Position numbers and translations under genes: made by a program. Shown piece by piece: positions 12,111-23,300 of a stretch of DNA of 64,000 nt. The stretch is from Lytechinus pictus. Taxonomy: Eukaryota. The stretch's first letter is position 1. The number at the start of each line of letters is the position of its first letter. The DNA lies in contig NC_087251.1 in assembly GCF_037042905.1 (NCBI RefSeq), positions 14,014,001 to 14,078,000 of the forward strand. The letters are read 5' to 3'. A model generated the notes under the pieces. It was not told the DNA's origin, searched no databases, and saw only the letters and a list, made by a program, of their open reading frames with translations.

Positions 12111-13253
12111 TCAATTCATGTTAGGTATTAATGATGTGAAGAAATATTTCATTTATTTCATACTTGGGAGACTAATTACATAACATTAGTGCCTGAGGTA
12201 GGACCAGTGATTTTATGTCAGACAATATAAAAAATATATACTCATCCCACTTGCAATATCAAAGTCAATATTTAATTATGATTGTTTTTTCATGCAGTTG
12301 CTGTTAAAACTAATATTCTAATGAAATGAAATAGTAGAATAATAAAGGGGACATTATTGAAACTCGTCACAATTCGCGATCATCTTACAGCTGAGTGTTT
12401 TTCACATAGAGGTATATTTATATAAATTTATGTATGCTCTACATCACGCACGATATTTTGAATTCAGTCAAGTTTGATGATATCGCTGTATATACATATT
12501 CCATTTAATAGAATGATAAATTAGTTTATTTGAACGAAGATATGCATTTCAAAATATTAATATTTTTCCAAACGATTCATTACAACATCGAAACAGTAAT
12601 TACTATTCAATAAAAAATATTAAAAGCAAACGATAAATCATCTTTAAGAATACAATACGATGGCAATAAAGACAAATAATTACATCGATCTATGGCACCA
12701 TTATTTCATCAGCAATTGTCAGTAGAAATTATCAGAAGTAGTATATTATAGTTAACCTGATAAAAGTCCCGAGAAGAATTATTGAAATAATTATTGAAAG
12801 AACTATTATCGTTTATCAAAAATAAGATATATATATGCAATGCATAGTAAAGTATCAATGAACGTATTATTGCATTGCAGCAAAGTCATGTAGTTCGCTC
12901 CAAACAATATACTGGTAATATTTCCTTACAACATTTTTGATATTTCTATACACTATATACATTTGTGTTGTTATGCAAATCAAATTGGATTCAGTCGAAA
13001 TCCGTAGAAATGTGTGTAAACATACATGTAGGCTACATACTAAGACAATAGAAGACCAGCAGCAATGTATTATCGCAGCTGAATATGGACTACCAGCCGT
13101 ATAGTTTACTTTACTCCTTACCTTTTATTATTGTATCTTAACTTTTACCTCATCAGCTCATGTTATATGTATTTGTATGTACTTTGTATTTGTTATTTTA
13201 TATACGGAAATAAAACAAACAAAACAAACAAACAAACAATAAAATGTAGGTGG

Positions 13254-13386
13254 CACTAGCGTACAGGGTGGGGGCAGAGTGCCCCTCCCTAACAGACTTT
13301 GGATGACTTTTGCGCGGAAAGTGCTTCTGTAAGTGTCGGTGACCTTGGACCTCATGACGAGATTTTTTTTTTCAGGTACGCCACTG
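13254..13386. mobile_element. Very short hAT MITE (133 bp)
   Basis: Ends CACTAGCGTAC / GTACGCCACTG; TSD GTAGGTGG at 13246-13253 and 13387-13394. Confidence 0.85.
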
Positions 13387-13538
13387 GTAGGTGGTTGAAC
13401 TGACAGGGGTGGAAATGAAAGTTAGCTTCCCAGACCTTCCTGCCCTTGAAACATCATACACACGACACGCATGAACAATCTCATGCGAAGCATTTGATCG
13501 TTGTGATGATATTTTGTTCGTGGCGCCGGAGCGTTCCG

Positions 13539-15510
13539 GGGCCTGTTGCATGACGAGATGAGCGATACGTAGGAACGTCCTAGGACCATTCTACCGAGAT
13601 AGGAAGATTGGGGACAAATCAGCGCTTTCTGTTTCACGAAGGCAATTTTGTCTTCCAAGTCCGCGACATCGTTTGATATCGATAGTATCGGAAAAATATC
13701 TAGTCTTCATCGTCACCTGAACCTTTTATTTCGGAATGACGACTTTTCATAAAATCATATATTTCAATAAATGGAGATCAAATAATGTTTTATTTATTAC
13801 TGATTGTAGAATTGATGTATGGAGCTTACTTTATGAGGTAAAAAGAGAAAAAAAACTTTGAAGATTCACCAAAAAACTGGATAAAATCGAAATTTTCATT
13901 ATTTCCCTTATTTAGAACATGGTGTCCTTTTAGAGACACCTTTCATTGATATTTCAACGAAAGAGACCCATGTCCGACATAAAAATTGAATTAACTAAGC
14001 AATTTCGACATTGTATTAGTTCAATATTCTGATTTTTTTATAGAATACTTATTTATAATGATAATTTTGCAAATTATGCGTTAAATGTTAAATGTTATTT
14101 GTTGAGGAAAAAATAGGGTTTGAATGGAGTAAACAAAATCAATGTGTCTGATTGTTTGAGACTAAAAAGGAAAATATGAGAGGCTGCGTGAGAAAAATAT
14201 AATTCATTTTATTTGTCAGATATCACGCAAGAAATACAAATGTGAGTGTTTAGAGTATAGGCCTAAACATACCTTTGCACATGTTGCATGATGAGTAATT
14301 GAAGACAAGCAAAATATGAAAATTGCTGCAAACATGTCCAAGTGGGTAAAGTAGTGCTTTGCAATAATAAAAAAAATAGACAAATGTGTGAAATCAATCC
14401 GCAATGGAAAAAATACTATTTTCAGAAACAATGCTAAAAATGACAACGATCATAAACGTTGGTCATATTTAAAGTTGATAACTTTATGGAAGTTTATATA
14501 AGAATATAAGCTTTAAGAATATTATGTTCAACATTTCAAAGATAAGGAGTCGAGACTGCATTATTGCTTTAACATGACATAGGGGACCGATAGGGCCTAC
14601 CCTACGATTTAAAATGCGCCTCTTCGTATGGACTTTCCATAATCTTTTCTTTTATTGGTACAACGAAAATATCTTCATTATTTTTTTAACGATTGTAATG
14701 GATTCGTAAGCTATTAGGCCTAATCTATGTATTAAATTCAATTAGCTATTTTGTTACTGCAGATTTTTTTTTGTTTCATTCATCATCTCAAGTTAGCACA
14801 AATCCAACAATTAATTTTCATTGATTAAAATTAATCTCAGCAAAAAGTAATAATAATTGTCATTATGAAAATGAAATAAAAATAAATGATTTAGCATGTT
14901 TAGTAACATCTTAGTTTTGTATCGTGTTTTTTTTTTCTAAGAACGTTATAAACACGTTTTTTACCATTCATAATTTCTTTTTTTTTAATTGTTTTCATGT
15001 TGTTTATCTAATGAGAGGCTGAGAGATTGCCGCCCATTTCGATATTTCAAGTTTAATTAAAAAAAAAAAAACTGGAAAAGGGGTGGGGAAAAGACAGGAG
15101 GGAGAATAAAAGAAAACATACAAAAAAAAAATATTTGGGCCTAGATTGACCCCGGCCGGAGAAGTTACATCCGCTTTGGGTCGTCTTGCCGTGCAAGACG
15201 ATCTGAAATTATACCCCCATACAAAAAATAACTTGGTGCCATCCCCGGGCGCCATCCCTGATAAAATGCATCAGAGCGCATTCGAATGACCCCAAAAGTG
15301 TTTAAAGGTGATATGTCAGTGTGGCTTGCCGTAAACGCATATTCTCTCAATGCTGACGGTGGCGGGCGGTGTGCAAAGAAGATCATGTCTGGAGGTGTCT
15401 TTCCAAGGACCATTCTTCGTATCGCCCGAATCGGCTTTGTGAAACAGTTGAGCGATAACTCGTTCTTACGTAGAGCGGTTCTACCAAAGACTATTTCATG
15501 CAACAGGCCC
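13539..15510. mobile_element. Non-autonomous PIF/Harbinger-like element (~1.97 kb)
   Basis: TIR GGGCCTGTTGCATGA / TCATGCAACAGGCCC; imperfect 3-bp flanks CCG/CTG; subterminal motifs (TACGTA.GAACG, CTGTTTCAC.AAG) repeated inverted at both ends. Confidence 0.65.
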
Positions 15511-15625
15511 CTGATCACGATGTCAAGGGCAAGGTAGGGTGGGGCAAGACATTGAAGCTATTGTCCGCTCAGCCCACGGATCTGAATTGTGTACAGATCA
15601 GTTGCTCAGCCGGCTCCAGCGCTAA

Positions 15626-16859
15626 TACCTCGGTCACATTTGCTCTACGGCGCACAGTGGGCCGGGGCGAAACAAAAGTGCGCCAAAAGTCATTTTGGGC
15701 AATTTCAGATTTTTAATTTTTGTCATGCCCAGCTGAAAGATAACACTTTGAAGAATACTTCAGCAAAATATTTCACTCTGGAATTTGCATAAAGGCTGTT
15801 AATTTCCTACCTCAAATCGTAAAATGTGACATTTTGCGAAATGTCGCGTATATGACAACCTAGTTGAAAAACAGGCCATTTCACAGAAGGTTTTTCTTGT
15901 AGGAATCTGAAATGGCTCCCACATAATCCTCATATATTCTTTTTTCGTGTGAAACGGTTCAAAGTAGATAAAAAAAAACACCTTTCAGGAGGTTTATAGG
16001 ATGATTATTCCTCGAAATAGGCTGAAAATCCATGTTTTTTGCATTTACATAAGAAACGTTTGGATTTCCGTGGATTTCCGTCTAAATTCTATAAGCATCA
16101 TTTTTTCCGATGTCTAAGCTTTAAGTCGATACCAAATTTAGCTGCCCGTTTTTGCCCATTTTCATTTTAGAGCCGATTTTACTTGACACAACACCCCCAA
16201 AACCTGCTAAAAAAACGGTCATTTTTATACCGCGCAGTCATCGTAGCGCACCGTATGGGTGTACATTGCCGTTCGCTTTTGCACGGCGAGGACGACTCCC
16301 CTTCCATTCCATGAAAATGACATAAATTCCGGGCATAATATAAATAAAATAAAGGTTGCTAACGCAAATGAGGGCTTTACCCACAACTCTTCCAGAGATA
16401 AAACTTACTTGTAGAATAATTTCAGCCAAAAACCCTCCTCATAGTAATACATTCGTGGTGTTATATACTCTGCGTTTTACACAAGTCAACACAGATTGAT
16501 AAAAGCACGGTTAATATTTTTCAGATTTTAAAGTTTTTTTTAATATAAATCTAATAAATGATCATTTTGATGCCATAAAATTATTTTCGGCATCTCATAC
16601 ACACTTTTTAGGCATGCGTGAAGCATAAACCAACATTCACTCTGGTCAATCTTAAACTAGTACATAACACAAAGTTTATATACTACACATTGCGCACTTT
16701 CAACTCATTCTGGCCCACTGTGCGGCGGCCGTACGGCGAGTCGAAAACAGCCGTTTATATATATTTCATTTTTATTCAAACCACATATTTTAGCTGGTAC
16801 AAAAAACGGCCATTTTCGACTCGCCGTACGGCCGCCGTAGAACAAATGTGACCGAGGTA
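15626..16859. mobile_element. Palindromic Harbinger-type MITE interrupted by Transib copy 2
   Basis: TACCTCGGTCACATTTG.TCTACGGCG... and its inverted counterpart ending GTGACCGAGGTA; TAA TSD at 15623-15625 and 16860-16862. Confidence 0.85.
15653..16722. mobile_element. Non-autonomous Transib-like element, copy 2 (1070 bp, opposite orientation to copy 1)
   Basis: CACAGTG termini; TSD CGGCG at 15648-15652 and 16723-16727; interior is reverse-complement homologous to 8681-10185. Confidence 0.88.
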
Positions 16860-17011
16860 TAACTTCCCCTATTATATTGTTTGTATGTTTATAACATTCC
16901 AAAGCTCCATAAAGTACCGAATGACAGTCCTTTGCACTATAATTATAAGTGACAATTATTATGATTATTTCCGTTATTATTATGCTTTTTTTAAGTTACG
17001 TAATGTTTATG

Positions 17012-17017
17012 TTTATT
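17012..17017 (-). promoter_or_regulatory. Candidate polyadenylation signal (AATAAA) of the SLC18A-like gene
   Basis: First AATAAA on the minus strand, ~115 nt after the stop codon. Confidence 0.4.
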
Positions 17018-17131
17018 GAATTGGTCACATAATCATTTCCATCTGAGGTCTATGATTTTGAGAACGACTAATGCTGGAATTCAGTCATAAAAATCAGGCG
17101 GCATAGATAAGTCCCTCTGAATATATCATCC

Positions 17132-17324
17132 TTAAAGTAAGTGTGAAGATTCATCTGGCAATGGCTGTGGTTTATCTTCTATTGTCGTTGGTAGGCATGG
17201 TGGTAATAGGACTTCTGGTTTCGGTAATAACGGTTGTTTGGTTTCTCTTTCTTCTTGGATTCGACTGAGCAGTAAACAAAATGGCGAAGAGACCACGATG
17301 GCTATTGCCAAGCTCCACATAGTC
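17132..17324 (-). CDS. SLC18A: SLC18A-like last coding exon (TM12 and cytosolic tail ending DESSHLL*)
   Basis: tttaatag acceptor; 193 nt to TAA; WTMWSLAIAIVVSSPFCLLL corresponds to VMAT TM12. Confidence 0.88.
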
Positions 17325-20300
17325 CTATTAAAAATAATATATATTTAAAGAGAAAAAAATTAGTTTTTGATATGGTGCACCGTTCTTGAAAGTTGCTAAC
17401 GACCAAAGCAAAGCGAGCTTTCCCTAAATAGGATATTCCACGTTTGGTCTAGTTTAGAAGGTAAAGAGTAAAATCCATCGGAAATTAAACGGAGTTCGAC
17501 GAAATTCTATTAAAATTAAGAAGTTTAAAAATTAATTACAAAATATATATGTTTAATTATATGGGTGGATGTTCAGCCCCCTTATACGCTACATTGATCG
17601 CTGATGTATGTTTCCAATCAATAACAATATGAAAATATTTGATTATTCTCCTAACCATTCTCTCTCTTATTTTTCATTCATTTTCTGTCTCTCTAATGAT
17701 AAAGTATACTTACCATTTAAATCCAATAAATCCCACGATAGCACCAGAAGTAAGTAGGCCTATGATAAGGTAATAGAGAAAGCACTGTTACTTGTCCTTA
17801 CAAATATTTTCCATGGTCGCTTATACATGTAGAAACAGTTACACTCTAACAATATCTGCTCTGTAAGAATCATTTCACAGTTACGCTAATGGCCAAATAA
17901 GATCGATGAAAGTTTGACGATTTAACAAGCAATAAGAAAGTAATTAGCACCTCAATGTTGAAACCACTATAATGCTATACAAGGAGATCCTCCCATTGAT
18001 AATGTGATAAAGATTTCCAAAGTACACTTTGGACACTGAAAATATACCCCAAACATCTATTTTTTTTCACATTTATTGAAAGAACAAACTCTTCGCTCAT
18101 GAACCTGTATTACATGTCATCCCATATAAAAAAGCACAGGGTCTATGTAGCATTGATAAAAGTGACAACTATAATAATAAAGAGTTGTACAAGTGTGATA
18201 TCACATGTTGGTCACATGATACCATGGACCTTTGTAATAGGTCCATGATTCTACCAATGGGAGGATGACCACAATTCATACTTAATTAGGGATACTTAGG
18301 GAGTATACTGAACGAAGTCATTTTGACTCTGTATTCAGTTCCAAATTCTTTCTCCTCTTTAGGTTGGCCGGATCATGTCCTAGTTAATTAGTTAATTAGT
18401 TATCTAAACAACTTAATTTTTCATAATTTTCATTAATTTTATTAATGTGGACAGTGGCGTACAGTGGGTCACGGCATTGGGGGGGCACCAGCAAAAATAT
18501 CGAGTCACTTAGCGAGCGCGCAAAGCGCGCTCAGTTGCCAGGTATACTGACCTAATAGATACATTTTAAGGACATGCAGTGCCATTAAACGGATATACAT
18601 CTCACTGATTAAATAATGCGAGCGCGAAGCTTGAGCTGAAAATTGTTTATATTCAGACCTAAAAAGGGACATTATAAGCAATATGATATGTACCTGTCTC
18701 GCTAAACAAAGAATGCGAGCGCGAAGCGCGAGCTGAAATTTTTGTATATAATGACCCCCAAACAGGGACACTTTAAGGACTATATTTTAGGAATCCATTA
18801 AGAGTATACATATCTCAGCATAGTCATCTAGTACTAGTGCCATCCTTTGCTGATTTTGTTAGAATTACATCTAAACACATGAAGCACTTTTTGTTGTCAT
18901 AGTCATACGTATCTCACTAATCAAATACTGCGAGCGCGAAGCGCGAGCTGAAAATTTAGGAAATTCAGACCTGAAAAGGGGCATTCTACGGCTTGTTTGT
19001 AGGAATTCACTAAGACCGTACGTATTTCACTAACCAAATGATGCGAGCGCAAAGCGCGAGCTGAAAATTTTTGATATTGAGATCAGAAAAATTGACTTTT
19101 TAAGGACTGATTTTAGGAATTCATGAAGAGCAGACGTCTCACCAATCAACTAATGCGAACATTAGCACGGACAGGAACTGTTTTATATTAAGACCTTAAA
19201 ATAGGGCAATCACTTTAAGTATTCATGAAAAAGAAGCAAATGTCACTACATTAAACAATAATAACTCGAATTGCGAGGAAATATATTTGGTGTACAGTAT
19301 ATTGATTTGAAAACGGGAGGTTTTAGGACAACAGGATTATATATTTCGTTAAACAGTCTATGCGAGCACCAGGAACAATGAAGACATAGGCCCTGAGCAA
19401 ATAAAGTTTCATAAAGTGATGAAAAACTGCTTCTTATGTAATATAACATAATATAATATAATAAAATAATATAATGAACAATAATTTCTTTTTTCCCCAT
19501 TACGTTTCTCTACCTTTCTCCCTCCTTTTCTCCTTTTCCCTTTTTTTTTTTGGCCAGCCGATTGGGGGGGGGGGGGGGGGGGGGGCACGTGCCCCCCCCC
19601 ATGCCCCCCCCCCCCGTAGTTACGCCACTGAATGTGGAACTTTAATTGATTTTTTCCTTCCATTTGTTTTCACACAAGCTAAATTTATACCAGTGTTTCA
19701 TTCTTCTTCATTAAAGAACAACATGGCATACTTACCTATTGTATATGCCAGGCAAAACTCAAAGACAAACACTGCAGCAGCCGAGCTCTGAGCTCCTTCA
19801 TGCCATACATCTACAATGCGATACATTATCCCTATTAGAGTGCTGTCAACAGTACCTACAAATAAAAACAAAAAACAAATATACTTTATCACCCTTGTGT
19901 CCACATTTCATGAACTAGATCCATAAACTATCAAAGTCATGATATGGTAATTCAACAAATACCCACAATACGGCCAAAGTTCATTGACGTTGGTCTTGTG
20001 ACCTGAAACTCACGCAGGACGAAGACCAGTCAAAAAGGAAATAGTCCAGGATAGAAGAGGCATAACCTAGTTTTTTCATATATACAATATTTTTTTGATG
20101 GTTTCTTGTCAATTCGAGGGTGCTGATTACGAATCTGAACGCAAATTGGCAAAATCCAATATGGCCGCCAAAATATGCAAATTACCCATGAAAATCATGA
20201 AATTGCCCGCACATTGGCTATAAAATGCATGAAATTGTGTGGCAGGAGTGGAATACTCTCTGAAAAAATAGTTTTTGAAAAAATATTTATTTTCTGGATA

Positions 20301-23300
20301 TTCAAAATTGCCGCCATATGCCCTTGTATACTCTATTATGTACAATATGAATAAGGAAAACTATTTTTCAAAAAAGTTAGCACTGAACTGCAAGAAATTG
20401 TGATCTATGAACGAGGTATTTTATGCAAATCATCATTACTAACGAGATATATCATTTATTATGTCATGTGTGAGAACATTGCTGTATTTTGATATTCAAA
20501 ATAGACGCCACTGGCCCAAACAGTATAATGCAATGGCAATGGGGGCCAAACAATTCACAAGAGTGAGCACTAAAATGAAGAGATCAGTGGGTTATACGAA
20601 TGGTATCATTCAGATTCGCAATCAGCACCCTCGAATTGACAAAAAACCATCAAAAAATATTGTATATATGAAAAAAAAAGGTTTAGTCAATTTTCTATGG
20701 GGCCTATCCTGGACTAAAGGCGTGGAAAGAGTTTAACTAATTGACCAGTTCGTATTTACTTCATGGACAATTTTTGGTCATACGTCCTTTCATTATGATA
20801 GGCAGATTTCAAAGCAAGTTATTACGTAAGCATGCATTACAAAGCAGGATGAAGAAATTGAATAGACAAGGTTACTAGAATAGCACATCAATAAACACTA
20901 TTATGAAGGTACTAGTTGCATTTCTACTTTGAATGCATATTATACATGCTGTACAACGTATAATTGGCAAACTATGAAATACCAGTCGTTCGTGGACAGT
21001 GGCGTAACTACGGGGGGGGGGGGCATGGGGGGGGGGCACGTGCCCCCCCCCCCAATCGGCTGACCAAAAAAAAAAAAAAAAACGGGGAAAAGGAGAAAAA
21101 GAGGGAGAAAGGAAGAGAAGCGTAGTGGGAAAGAAGACATTATTGTTCATTATAATGTTATATTATATCATAATTATGATATGTTATATTACATAAGAAA
21201 CATTTGTTTTCATAACTTAATGAAACATAATTCGTTCAGGGCCTATGTCTTCATTGTTCCTAGTGCTCGCATTGTCTGTTCACTGAGATATATAATCCTG
21301 TTATACTAAAGCCTCCCGTTTTCAAGTCAATATACACCAAACTGCCAAATATATTTCCTCACACTTCGAGTTATTATGGTAGTATGTACAATAGTATGCT
21401 TCTTTTTCATGACTACTTAAAGTGATTGCCCCATTTTAAGGTCTTAATATAAACATTTCCTGTCCGTGCTTACGTTTGCAGTAGTGGATTGGTGAAATAT
21501 GTCTGCTCTCCATGAATTCCTAGAATCAGTCCTTAAAATGTCCCTTTTTCTAATCTGAATATTAAAAATTTTAAGCTCGCGCTTCGCGCTCGCTTCATTT
21601 GGTTAGTGAACTACGTATGGTCTCCGTGAATTCCTACAAACAAGCCTTAAAATGCCCTTCTTCAGGTATGAATTTCCTAAATTTTCAGCTCGCGCTTCGC
21701 GCTCGCAAGATTCGATTAGTGAGATGGGTATGTTAATCATGATTACAAGTGCTTTATGTGCATGTTTAGATGTAATTCTAACAAAATCAGCAAGCGCTTA
21801 TTGGCATTCGCATTAAATGACTATGGTGATATGTGTATACTCATAATGGATTCCTAAAATATAGTCCTTAAAATCTTCCTGTTTGGGGGTCAGTATTTAC
21901 AAAAATTTCAGCTCGCATTATTTAGCGAGACAGGTACGTATGATGATTACAAAAGATTGATTATAATGTCCCTTTTTAGGTCTGAATATCAAAAATTTTA
22001 AGCTCACGCTGCGCGCTCGCATTATTTGACCAGTGAGAGACATATCCGTTTAATGGCACTGTCCTTAAAATGTCTCTATTAGGTCAGTATACCTGGCAAC
22101 TGAGCGCGCTTCGCGCGCTCACTTAGTGACTCAAAAAAAATTATGGTGCCCCCCAATGCCGTGACCCACGGTACGCCACTGTTGGTGACGCATTGTTCTT
22201 TTATTGTGGATGTAAATGAAAAACGCAATTCAAAAGAATAACATTTCTGTTATTCATATTGTGTTTTGTTCCTACTTACTTTGTCAATTTGTTTGAAATG
22301 AAGAAAAAAATAAATTCAATCAATCAATCAATCAAGACATCAAAATTGGTGCTTATCTCATTAAATTATCTCATGTCGCTTTTGTACCAATGACCTTCCT
22401 CTGATCATGCGCAAAATATTCTGATCATGCCCAGAGAGGAACTTCGAACTGGCTTATTGTCCCGCAGCCTCTTTCTTCTGTCTGTCACTATAATGATCAT
22501 ATGATGCTGCACCTCATCCATACGTGGCCAAGACAAATTCACATATATATATATATATATACAGTGCGTCCCACAAACAAGGCAAACGCCAAGCGTTGTC
22601 TTGCCTGCATATTGCAGTCATGAAGAGACTGCATGTCAAAACTACATGTATGCTATATGACTTAGATGGACCTCTGTTACGAGTTTGGCGATCCCACCTC
22701 GAAGCTATAGAAAGTTATTGTGTGTACAACACAGCAGTGCCAGTCATGGAAAGTTCATTGACCTTTGACCTTAATCAAATTCAACTCACATTCGAACTTG
22801 ACCTGCACCTTCAAAAGATGGACCTCTTGTTTGAATTTGGCAATCCTACCTCGAAGATATAAAAAGTTATTATGTGTACAACAAAGCATAGTGCCAGTCA
22901 TGGAAAGTTCATTGACCTTTTACCTTATTCAAATTCGGCTCACATTTGAACTTGGCCTGCACCTTTAAGAGATGGACCTCTTGAATGAATTTGGCGATCT
23001 CACCTCGAAGCTATAGAAAGTTATTGTGTGTACAACACAGCACAGTGCCAGTCATGGAAAGTTCATTGACCTTTGACCTGTACCTTCAAGAGATGGACGT
23101 CTGTTATGAATTTGGCAATCTCATCTCGAAGCTATAGAAAGTTATTGTGTGTACAACACAGCACAGTGCCAGTCATGGAAAGTTCATTGAACTTTGACCT
23201 TATTCAAATTCGACTCATATTCAAACTTGACCTGTGCCTTCAGGAGATGGAACTCTGGTATGAATTTGGTGATCCCACCTCGAAGCTATAGAAAGTTATT

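Noticed and set aside
8681..16722. RAG1/RAG2-like or Transib transposase coding sequence between the RSS-like ends
   Set aside because: No long ORF or recognisable motif was found in either copy or between them.
8676..16727. A single 8-kb composite Transib element bounded by CGGCG
   Set aside because: Each copy has its own TSD pair and interrupts a different continuous host sequence, so these are two independent insertions.
19560..21055. G-quadruplex-capable poly-G tracts
   Set aside because: They are generic subterminal tracts of the hAT MITEs, with no locus-specific evidence.
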